32,249 bases of DNA, from the NCBI GenBank assembly GCA_008369845.1, contig MRSU01000182.1, positions 1-32,249 of the forward strand, read 5' to 3'. Position numbers and translations under genes: made by a program. Within the stretch, counting starts at the first letter, position 1. Each line of letters starts with the position of its first letter. Below, piece by piece: positions 1 to 10,400 of this stretch. Origin of the DNA: Trichomonas gallinae (lineage: Eukaryota). The notes under the pieces are model-generated. The model was given only the letters and a program-made list of their open reading frames with translations. It did no database searches and was not told where the DNA came from.

Positions 1-586
1 AATTTGAAATTGACCACAAAAAAAAAAAAAAAAAAAAAGAAAAAAAAATAATCAGTTTTTTTTTTTTTTAAATTCTGTTGAATTAGGTTTGAGGTAATGG
101 TTTATGACATATTAAAACGACAACGAGATTTTTCAAATTTTTATTGTTTTTGTCATAATTTTGTCTTAATTGGGCATATCAATACAGAAAATGTATGAAA
201 AAATTTGAATCGTCCTATTTTTGACACTCATTTTGAAAAAATTTATTATCGGATTAGATTTTTTAAAAGTTGATTAAATCAAGTCATATTATATATAAAG
301 AACGCATAGCATTGAGTTTTTTATTTGTTAGCAAGGAAAAAAAAATTTGTTTACATCTCAAAAATGTAAAATAAAATTATTACAGAATATTAATTTACAA
401 ATAGTAATCAATAATATACTAACTTTAGCGCTTTTAACAATTTTCAAAGGTGAATTATAAATTTGAATATATCGTAAATTCGCAATTGAAATTAATCAGT
501 CGTGTCAAAAACATTTTGACAGAATCGATGATATACACATTTAGAATCATAATAAACTAAAAATTAAAATTGAAAATGCTTTAATT

Positions 587-591
587 TCATT
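587..591 (+). promoter_or_regulatory. Initiator (Inr) element TCATT
   Basis: TCATT followed by a T-run, 13 nt upstream of ATG 600; matches the trichomonad Inr consensus TCA(C/T)(T/A) and its usual spacing. Confidence 0.6.
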
Positions 592-599
592 TTTTTCAT

Positions 600-980
600 A
601 TGTTTTCACTGGAAAACTTACTAGCTCGTCCTGTATCATTCCAGGGACAGTCTATTGCTTGCAGCATCAAGCAGCAGATACCACATCAAGAAACAGATCA
701 TATCTTCGGCAAATCCAACTCGATAAGTGATGAATTGATTAGAATACACGAAATCGTTAAAGGATTTAATGTCAACAAAAGTAATGCATGGATATATCTC
801 AGATCAAACTATGGTGAGAAACTCACTCAGAACGACTTGATACGCATCGCTAATATTGTTTCAACCTACACCGGCATTAAAATCAGTCGCGATGCAAAAA
901 GAAGAAAAGTTGTCTTACTTAAGTGGTTTGATGAGAACTGGCATCAAATCAAACCTGTTTTAACAATGGTGAGTTTCTAA
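600..980 (+). CDS. Small conserved hypothetical protein (trichomonad family with RxAKRRKxxLxKWFxENW motif; possibly nucleic-acid binding)
   Basis: 126-aa ATG ORF with upstream Inr and a TAAA overlapping the stop. The C-terminal ISRDAKRRKVVLLKWFDENWHQIKP resembles a multicopy trichomonad family (recalled, not searched). Confidence 0.8.
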   Translation: MFSLENLLARPVSFQGQSIACSIKQQIPHQETDHIFGKSNSISDELIRIHEIVKGFNVNKSNAWIYLRSNYGEKLTQNDLIRIANIVSTYTGIKISRDAKRRKVVLLKWFDENWHQIKPVLTMVSF

Positions 981-1945
981 ATTAGAAAAAAAAAAGAGTT
1001 TGTTGTTACGTTCTGGATGCGGTTTTACTGATTTAGCTTTTGTATTTTTATGTTAATAAATATGATATTTATCAATTTTTTGGAAAAATTTTTATTACTC
1101 GTAATTGCTCTTAGGCTATGAAACATCGAAATGAAATTATGAATATATATCTTAAAAGCAATTAAGATGGGGTATATATTCTTATATTCTTTATTACATA
1201 ATTCAATAATCTGATTAACAAATAGAGATGTTTTACCCATATATTAGAAAAGAATTATATATAATAAATGTCAAATATCTTTGCTGAAATAGAAATATCT
1301 GATTTACAATATCGAAATTAAATTTATTGAATCTAAAAAATAAATTAAATATTCCATCAGTTTACTAAATTAACTTTAAATGGCTTCAAACAGTAAAAAA
1401 TAAAACCATCATAAGAATTTTTGAAATTGCCAATGATATACTTAGTAAATGGCTAGTACTGTACTGTAGAAGTATAAATTCAACATACAGATCAAAACAA
1501 AGATTATTTCCATTTATGATTACATAATATAAGGAATTCATGAAAATATCTACTCAAATAGGTACAGAAAATGCAATTGTATTCTAAATGGCTTAGAATC
1601 AACAATATCAAAAATATCAAAAATATTAATTCAAATTGTGAATCTAGCACTATATATTTGAATTAAGATTTATATAAACTAAATGTTAAATGCTACATTT
1701 TGTCTAATTTTGCTTAAAAATTGATTTGATGAAATATAAAAATAGAAGAAAACAATTAATCTAATGAAGAAACGATTCTATTCATTGAATATTATATGTT
1801 GCATTGGTTTACTTGCATCTTATTCAGATTGATTTTAAAAATATCTAATGAACAAATTACTTAGCGGAAATGAATATTCTAAAAGAGCAAATGATAAGTA
1901 AATAAAAAAAAATCAACTTTTCAAAAATTTTCGTGCAGCGATTTT

Positions 1946-1981
1946 GTCACTTTTGGCTCGAAACGGTTTTGGTCGTCCTTT
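1946..1981 (+). promoter_or_regulatory. Ribosomal-protein-type core promoter: GTCACTTT (1946-1953), M3 AACGGTTT (1962-1969), M5 CCTTT (1977-1981)
   Basis: Motifs read directly. The Myb-like M3 element followed by M5 CCTTT just before the ATG is the described T. vaginalis alternative core promoter, enriched at ribosomal protein genes. GTCACTTT is the reverse complement of the AAAGTGAC motif. Confidence 0.7.
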
Positions 1982-1987
1982 TCACGA

Positions 1988-2467
1988 ATGGGTCACTCAG
2001 AAGGTCTTCGCCATGCTACACGCTATCTTTTCGCTCGTAAGTTCCGCAAGCACGGAGCTCCAGCCCCATCAATTACCCTTCGTACTTTCCGTATTGGTGA
2101 TATTGTCGAAATCAAGGTCAATGGCGCCCTCCACTCTGGCATGCCACACCGCATCTACCACGGCGCTACAGGCATCGTCTGGAACGTTTCCCCACACGCT
2201 GTTGGTATCCTCGTTAAGCGCCGCGTGAACAACCATATCGCACCAAAGCGCATCTATGTTCGCACAGAGCACGTTTTCCACTCCAAGTCCAAGAACGACT
2301 TCATCGCTCGCTGCCAGGCCAACCTAAAGGCTCACGAAGAGGCTAAGAAGGCTTCCACAAAGATTGCTACACCAAAGCGCCTTCCAGCTCAGCCACGTGA
2401 GGCTCATGTTGTCAAGCCAGAACTTATCCAGACAATCACCAACGCTCCATTCCGCGAGAACTGGTAA
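1988..2467 (+). CDS. RPL21: 60S ribosomal protein L21 (eL21)
   Basis: MGHSEGLRHATRYLFARKFRKHG...GDIVEIKVNGALHSGMPHRIYHGATGIVWNV...KRIYVRTEHV matches L21e; strong C-ending codon bias typical of a highly expressed gene. Confidence 0.97.
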   Translation: MGHSEGLRHATRYLFARKFRKHGAPAPSITLRTFRIGDIVEIKVNGALHSGMPHRIYHGATGIVWNVSPHAVGILVKRRVNNHIAPKRIYVRTEHVFHSKSKNDFIARCQANLKAHEEAKKASTKIATPKRLPAQPREAHVVKPELIQTITNAPFRENW

Positions 2468-2823
2468 AAATAAATTGATTTTTGATATTACTATTAGAAA
2501 ATGCGAAACCAAACTGTTTTCGCTTTTATTTGATTATGCAACAAACGATTTACCTTAAACTTTATCAATTATATATTGAATTATCTATTGAAATATCAAA
2601 TATAACTATTTAGATCAATGTATAGTTGTAAATAGATAGTTACTTATGTAGTAAAATATAGTATTTATTCAATAAGCATAGATATCATATAAATATTTCG
2701 ATATCTAAATATTTTACAATTTATTGTGTTTTCGAGCTCAAAATCGCGAATTTGGGCAATAGATACTCCAAAAATGCCAAATTCACTGCATTTTGAGCCA
2801 AAAAAATTCTTTCGGATATTTCA

Positions 2824-4098
2824 ATGCTTCGAAGCGAGTACAACTCCCGATTTCGCATTCGAGCATTGATATCTATTATGTTGATGGGGATTGTCTTCAT
2901 CAACTTCTTCCACACTGCCCCTGATGTAGGCTATTTCTACTTCAGAAGGTCGAATATTACATTTGTTGATGGAGTCGAGTTTTTGAACGTTTCGGGGTCC
3001 AAAATAGATATACCAGACGAATATATTATACGAAAACAGAAAATACTTGAGTATGTAAAGCTAGATAAGAATCCATTAATAATTGATTCAAAAACAGAAC
3101 AATATTATTTGCCAAATCACATGAATTTAACAACATTAGACGAAATTATAGAGTTCGACGAGAAATTAGACGGAACTTGGTATTGTTTAAAAAATTTATA
3201 CGCAAATGTTTACGGAAGCTACACAGACGGCTATTCGGTGCTCATTCCGTCACAGTGGAACTTCAGGGGCCCTCCTATGGAGATCTACGCGCACGGAAGC
3301 GGAAACGTGTCCGACCATTATGATGAAGTCATTGCATTGGGAAATTACGTTGTCACTTACTACGGACATTGGTTCTTTGACGTTTTGGCGCCAATGATGA
3401 TGTTCCCAGATGAAGTTTTGCAAACTGCGTCAATAATTTTAGGCAACACTAAGCCATATGTATACGAGACACTTTACGCATTGGGCATGAAGGATGAGCA
3501 ATTCATTGTCATTGAGCGCGGGGATTGGATATTCGCGAGAAAATTATATGTAGTTGCTGATCCAGGGCCACATGTGACGCATATGGGCACAGCCTTGACG
3601 AAACTATCATTTAAGCTGATGAAAGCTTTTGGATTTAAGCCAAAAGTTCCAACAAAATACGTATTAACAAATCGAAAGTCTTCTTATCGCAGAACGATAC
3701 CAAACTTGGCGGAAATATATTATAACATAAAGCAGACATATCCACAGTACGACTGGATCTGGATTCCAGACAATTTCCCTACTGTGAAAGAAACAGCGAG
3801 AGTTTGGTCAGATATCAAGGTTCTTTTCACACCAACAGGATCTAATCTTGTTAGGATATTGTTTATGAACCCAGGCGCAGTGATTTGCGACGTTCAGGCA
3901 AATTATAATGATTACGCAATGGAAGCTTGCGCAATTTGCCTGCATGTGAAAATATTAGTTTTCGCTGTTCCGTATACAGACCATTTCACGGAGAAGCTCG
4001 ATGTTAGCGTTAGCGAGGCTATGAGGATGATGAAAGTTGTTATGTATTGTGCTGAGCACGGTGACTGGCCCGAGAAGTCAGAAGAATATGTCTATTAA
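2824..4098 (+). CDS. Glycosyltransferase family 61-like (DUF563) type II membrane protein
   Basis: Short basic N-terminus plus one TM segment (ALISIMLMGIVFINFF). YYGHWFFDVL and FTPTGSNLVRILFMNPGAVICDV resemble the GT61 motifs YxHWxxD and HGAGLxNxxFxxPGxxVIE. Confidence 0.75.
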   Translation: MLRSEYNSRFRIRALISIMLMGIVFINFFHTAPDVGYFYFRRSNITFVDGVEFLNVSGSKIDIPDEYIIRKQKILEYVKLDKNPLIIDSKTEQYYLPNHMNLTTLDEIIEFDEKLDGTWYCLKNLYANVYGSYTDGYSVLIPSQWNFRGPPMEIYAHGSGNVSDHYDEVIALGNYVVTYYGHWFFDVLAPMMMFPDEVLQTASIILGNTKPYVYETLYALGMKDEQFIVIERGDWIFARKLYVVADPGPHVTHMGTALTKLSFKLMKAFGFKPKVPTKYVLTNRKSSYRRTIPNLAEIYYNIKQTYPQYDWIWIPDNFPTVKETARVWSDIKVLFTPTGSNLVRILFMNPGAVICDVQANYNDYAMEACAICLHVKILVFAVPYTDHFTEKLDVSVSEAMRMMKVVMYCAEHGDWPEKSEEYVY

Positions 4099-4246
4099 TA
4101 AATTGTATGATATTTGTAGTGATTCAAATTTTCTTTCTTTCTCAATGACATGTATTATGCATTGCAACTATATCTGATTTGCTAGTATATGAAGAGGAAA
4201 AAACATTAATAAACGCTGAAATTTAATACAAACAAACAAAAAAATA

Positions 4247-6382
4247 TTAGTGATATAGACTCATTATTTTGTCGATGACATTACTTCCTTTCATATCATC
4301 ATGAATATATTGATTTGCCCAGTCATCGAAAGACTTCAATGTAGCTATGGTTGTTAACATTTGCGTGTTTCGATTAACCATCTCATCAATCATTTTTTGG
4401 TCCACTTCGATATTGTTTCCTTTCTTCCTGTTCTCCAGAAGGTTAAGAGTGATTTTAAGCTCAGCATCATCTGCGAAGTTCTCCGCGTAAACTAGCTCTG
4501 ACTGTTTCTCTGCTCCTCTGTTTGCGTGAAGTGTCCAGGACTTCTTCCTCGAAATAAGATCCATGTTAAAACGTCTCAAATCTTCATAGATATTTAAAAC
4601 ACCAATTTTCTTCAATTTTAGTGTCTTCTCGTATATTTCATCACCAAGATGCAGGAGATCTTCGCTTTCTTCGCTATTATCTAATCCGGATCTAAGATTT
4701 TTAAATTGGATTCTCAAATCTAACAAATTTTCGTAAATTGTAGCATTTTCATCGAATAATTTCCTTTCAATAGGGTTCATATTTGGCATGGACTCAGGTA
4801 GATGTGATATCTTATTAGTTTGAAGGTCAATCAATTTTTGATTAGTTTTATCAATGATATTTGTAATTGTATCAATATATATTTTCTCATCCTCATGCAT
4901 CCCATCATATTGGCTCTCTAAAGTTTCAATAATTTCGTTCTCATTTTGCAATCTCAATTTTAAATATTCATATTCATCAATTATTTCTTTTTTGAGGACT
5001 TTAGCATCTTCATTTTCAATAACTAGCAGATCTGTGGCGAACTTTACGTCTTCATCCTCATATAATTCTTCGATGATATGAACAGATCCTTCCCTCTTTT
5101 GTTCAATGAACTGCATTCCGCTATAAACAGATTTAAGTTCCTGTCTTGCTTGAGTAATTTCATTATTGAGCTGCGAATTGTTGAAAACAACAGTTATTGC
5201 GTCTGTTGAGTAAGAAGTCATTTCTTTGAGCAAATTGTTGAGGTTTCCAATGTCCCAAAGTATTTTCTTATTGTAATTTTGATAAGCTGTAAATAGTTTG
5301 AATTGAATTTGATTTTTGATCTGCATTTGTTTTTGATACAATATTTTATCGCTATTTTCAAGAGAATCGTTATGTATCTTATCCGAAAGCTCCTGGTTTT
5401 GATTTTCCAATAAATTTAAATCGTTCAACAATTCTTTCTTTGTGTTGAGCAATTCACAGTATTGGGAGTAAATTTCGGAATCAGCACGCGATACTGCATA
5501 TTCTTGATATGAATTCTTCCTATTTTCTATTTCTTGTCTACAATTAAATATTGAATTTTGAATAATTAGAATTTCTTTTTGTTCCTCGCTTATTTCATTC
5601 GCTAGCTTCACATTTTCGACTTCTAGTGCAATTCTCGCTTGATTCTTTTGCATTTGCGGCGGTAAATCGTCGATTGAAGAATCTTGATCTTCAATTGTTA
5701 TTTTCGGATTATCAACCGATAGTATATCAATAATATCCTTGAATTTAGCACTTATTTCGTCTAGTTTCGATAATGAATTTTGATGAATTTCTTTTTGCGA
5801 AGTAATATAATCTCTCGTGTTGTTTATTGTAAAGAATATGCTTCTTACTGCATTCATTGACATTTGAGTGAATGAATTTTGAATTTCGCTTGATAAAATA
5901 TTAAAATTAGTCAAAATCGATTCATTAATTTCGTAATCATTTTTATATGCTTCACATATCTTTCTTATAGATTCAATTATGTTAAAAATTGATCCTACAC
6001 TTGTTTTTAAATTCAATTCTGATTTATCATCAGTAATATTATTGTTTTGAACAATTTGTTTAACTTTAACTTCGATATCATCTAGATTCGACATTATAAA
6101 ATCGGAAATTAATGCTTCTGCTTTTTGATTGAAATATTCATCGTTGTATCTTTCTAATTCTTCCAATTTCGACTTAAAAGAACCAAATTTAGAGGAATTG
6201 AAGGCATGTTTGTCTACGAAAAAAGACAATCCAAGCGTTTTTAATCGATTTATTTCCTTGATATTAAACGAAATCCGCGGAAATGGAAGATATAATTGAT
6301 TGAGCAGCTCCAATATACTGTCAAAGTCCTGATTATAACGTTCTTTTAGTCGCTTATCATAAATTTTATCTTGCTCAATCAT
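4247..6382 (-). CDS. Long coiled-coil hypothetical protein (~711 aa)
   Basis: Open frame rich in E/K/N/L/I heptads. The ORF-track start at 6418 is TTG; the first ATG is at 6382 (MIEQDK), preceded on the minus strand by two TCATA Inr motifs. Confidence 0.85.
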   Translation of the reverse strand: MIEQDKIYDKRLKERYNQDFDSILELLNQLYLPFPRISFNIKEINRLKTLGLSFFVDKHAFNSSKFGSFKSKLEELERYNDEYFNQKAEALISDFIMSNLDDIEVKVKQIVQNNNITDDKSELNLKTSVGSIFNIIESIRKICEAYKNDYEINESILTNFNILSSEIQNSFTQMSMNAVRSIFFTINNTRDYITSQKEIHQNSLSKLDEISAKFKDIIDILSVDNPKITIEDQDSSIDDLPPQMQKNQARIALEVENVKLANEISEEQKEILIIQNSIFNCRQEIENRKNSYQEYAVSRADSEIYSQYCELLNTKKELLNDLNLLENQNQELSDKIHNDSLENSDKILYQKQMQIKNQIQFKLFTAYQNYNKKILWDIGNLNNLLKEMTSYSTDAITVVFNNSQLNNEITQARQELKSVYSGMQFIEQKREGSVHIIEELYEDEDVKFATDLLVIENEDAKVLKKEIIDEYEYLKLRLQNENEIIETLESQYDGMHEDEKIYIDTITNIIDKTNQKLIDLQTNKISHLPESMPNMNPIERKLFDENATIYENLLDLRIQFKNLRSGLDNSEESEDLLHLGDEIYEKTLKLKKIGVLNIYEDLRRFNMDLISRKKSWTLHANRGAEKQSELVYAENFADDAELKITLNLLENRKKGNNIEVDQKMIDEMVNRNTQMLTTIATLKSFDDWANQYIHDDMKGSNVIDKIMSLYH

Positions 6383-7486
6383 TATGAGAAATATGACAAA
6401 ATCATTTTCCAGAAACAAAAATCTTGCATTTTAACACACAATATAGACAATATTATTTCTATATATCTAATTTCTAAACTCCAACCGAGAATACAAAAAC
6501 ATTTTTAAATCAAAAAATAATTTTTTGCAATATTTTCCATCGAGCTTTGAACCATTCGATTAATATTCCATATTTCTGTATGAATAAAGATACATTTTTC
6601 TTGTATTTAGCATTTCATCCTCTTTTGAAATTTGCTCAAATTCTCATCTAGGAACTAATTCAAATCTTCTTATATGAGCAAATTTCTAATCATCCAACTC
6701 TCATTCAATTGGTTATATTGATGTTATCAACATCTTCTTGCCATAGAACAGTTAGCATAAAACATTTATATACACTTACCAATTGTTACTGTGTTTTGCG
6801 ATATATGGTGTGATTTTGTAAGATATTTTATCTTCCAAGATATTGCACAATGATTATATGCAAAAAACATCATTGTAAGCTATATTTTATCAGTGAAAAA
6901 GAAAGTATATTGGTGTTATAATGATGATTTACTAGCAAATTTAAAAATATTTGAATTGATTATTCATTAAAAATGCGTTTTATCATGATAGAGTATTGTC
7001 ATAACAATTTATAGATAAATATAAAAATATTAAAGAAGATATGAATGCATTTTACTTTTTATTTGTTCAAAAAATTGCGCGATCAAATTAACTGCGTCAC
7101 TTTTAATTCAAAGCAAAATTTCAAAATATTCAATTTCAAAAATCAGATATTTTAATATTAATAGATAATAAACAACATTAAATCAATGAATTCAATTTTT
7201 ATGTTTAAATTAATCGTATATCATTCAAAAAATTAAATCACTTTGTTAACACTCAGAAATAATTCTTTGTTTTTTAATCGTTAAATGTCAGAAAATTTTG
7301 TGAATTTCTCAAATTTTGCAAAAAAATTAAAATTGCAAATTAATAGTAAAACAAATTTCCAACTTATCACCAGAAACGTAAAATTAAGCATTGAAATTAT
7401 TTTCACAGATCTTTTTACATTACCTATATATTATTGCATACTTTATGATATTTTTTGAAGATTTTTTTTAACTATCAAAAAGATTT

Positions 7487-10400
7487 ATGCTTCACTCTTC
7501 GAGCTCTTATGAAAGCCCGCAGCAAGGATTCACCGGGAGAGAACTCGATGTAAGCAGCAAGTACAGCGGATTGATCGAGGAAACAAAAGTAAGAAAGATT
7601 TACAAAGCGATTGCGAATTTATTAAACTACTTGGATTCGATGATTCCGCCTTTGTATACTCTACATCACATTGTATCACTACTTAGAACTATTCAGATCT
7701 ATGCATTAATGTTTTTATCGAATTATCAAAGCTTAAATCCAAAAGATGGAGTAATTCATAAATTTTTCAATTATTTCTCCATCATTTGGAATGTTGTCCC
7801 CATAGATTACAGAGATCAATCCTCATTATACGTTTCAATTGTTTATTTCGTTTCAAATTTGATTTTCTTCATTGTTTTAATTTCAACAGCAGTATTTTAT
7901 CAGAGATACGGAAAGGTCCATACAGCTCTAATGTATTTCATCCACCTTTACATTTCGATTGTTGGATATTTGATTCATGCTCCAGCTCTTGAAATTTGTT
8001 TCGAAACAATAAGCAGAATGATTGCAGGCACAGTGACACACTTTTCAAATGCCATAAATGCTGTGACAATCGTTTTAACATTGATAACGTTTTTAACAAC
8101 TTATATTTTTTACCGACAAATATATTCTTTCTCGTTCATTTTTAGACCAACATCATTTCAGTGCATCAGTGGTGATATTCAAATTCGCTCTTTTCAAACT
8201 ATTTGCATTGATGCAATATTAATCGGAATAGGAACTTATTTACCAAAGATTGCACAAGGAACATTATTAGTTGCATCAGGTATAGCATGTTCAACTGCTT
8301 ATATTACGATTGTAAGACATTATTCTCTCGTTTCATTTAATCATAACATTATTTTCCTTTGCTTCTCCATCTTCGGACCAATTTCATGCATAGGATTTGC
8401 CATTATGATATTTTGCGATTATATCTTGAAACCAGCAATAATTTTTGTTTATTGTCTTTTGTTGGTAGCTGTTTTAGTAGCATCATACACATTGCACCAG
8501 GTAGTCATTAAGAAAGCACTCAAATTCCTTGATGACATTTACGAAGATAAATCAATTTTAGAAGACGAACGAATCAGCAATTTCAAGCTCTATGTTTACA
8601 ACATAATCGGTTTCCACTACGCACACCCAACATCTCTTGATTTTACAATTTTCAAACATATCACAGATCGCGAGCCAGACAATGCATTATATTGGGTTGC
8701 TTACGGCAAGTTCGCAGCCATTTATCCTGATCTATCAGAAATGCACAACTTCATTGTCAGGACAATAATTAACAGAAAACTCAAAGGAAACGGAGTTTCT
8801 CAGTGCATTGCGCAGTCCCACATCATCTTCCAACAGAGAGAAACCAATCTAACGGCCGATCTCAAGAAGAAGCTCACGAGAGTTTCAAAAGATGTCAGTT
8901 CATGCAAGAGAAGGCTAAGACATATTTGGGATCAAGTTATACAAGGAAACATTGCAGAAATGGACGGAGCAATAGCATCAGCATATAAAGCAATACAAGA
9001 TACAGATGCTGAATTTTCACTATTACTCTCACAACTTCCAAACAACAGATTTTTGTACAGACACTATTCGCTGTATTTATATGATGTCTCTAACAATTTC
9101 GAAAAGTTCCAGGAAACAACGGACATAATAAAATCGCTGACAAGAGGAATAAGAGTTCATTCAGATCACACACAAGAATTAGGATTCGCAGCCTTTCCTA
9201 ATCTACCATCAGAGCTAAGCAATTCAGTTTCTATAACAGGAACAAATGAATGTAGTGAAAACATTATGGCATTCGACGAAAATATTGATGAAGAAACCGT
9301 CAACAAAAGAGTTGAAGAAAACAGAATTCTCAATGATTTAATCGACAATCTGAGAATACCATCATTGCATCTGACAATAATACTCATGACTGTCGTAGTC
9401 ATTTTCATCACTGTTGTTTCGATAACATGTTTGAGTCTTGAGAAAACATATCAGAAAGATGTGCAAAGGCCGAAAGTTTTACTGGATGCAATTGATTATG
9501 CGAAGTATTTCTCAACTGCAGCAACAGCTATGACTCATTTATATCTAATGAGAGCTCTCAATGTAATACCTTTCGATGATTATCCGCTGCAAAACTTCAA
9601 TGGAGAAACAACATTAAAAGGTCAAATAAATTACGCAATTTCAGAAGTTTTGAATCAGATCAAACAATTTGCACAATTCAGGAATTACCATACAAACACA
9701 GAATTTTTCGGTGCTGTCAATGAAATATTATTCACAGATAGTAATTATTACGTAATATTCAACAAATACATGACAAACACAACATCAAAATATTCTGTCA
9801 TCGATGTATTGGACATGTTAGCGCTCAGGCTTTCCGAAATCATGCAATTAAATGATTCAGAGATCAACAGAATGACACCATTAAGTCCATCAATGAGGAA
9901 TCCTTTCTATAATATATTGGAGATTATTACACAGATGAATTATGCATGCGGAAATATCACAGACTATGTTGATAACTTTGTTACAAAAGCGAACAAATAT
10001 TATCTTATAACAATGATTTCTCTCGCTATTATTTTAGTTATTATTTTATTAATAATCATGTATGTCGTCTGGTCACATATAACAAAAGACAAAACAACAA
10101 TTTACACGACATTGATGGTCCTACCTAAAAACGTTGTCTCGCAGATTTCAGAATCATTGAGAAGTGTCAAGTCAGACACAACGACAAAAGTTGCTGGAAC
10201 AAGCTCGGCGTCAACTGAAAACGACAGCAACAGACAAGAAGAGAACTTATTGAAAGTTTTGACAGCAGCAACTGATGAAAGCTCGCACAGCAAAGAATTG
10301 GTGAGCTTAACAGTTTCATTGGTAATAATTATGTTTTCTAGTGTAGTCATTGATGTTAACCAGTCAGAATTTTACATGAAGAAAGGATCAATGATGAATG

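Noticed and set aside
18..69. Long poly-A run followed by a poly-T run
   Set aside because: Low complexity at the window edge; no retroposed body or TSD visible, and homopolymer lengths are unreliable.
1025..1240. 71-aa minus-strand ORF
   Set aside because: I/K/N/F-rich composition expected by chance in very AT-rich DNA; no recognisable motif.
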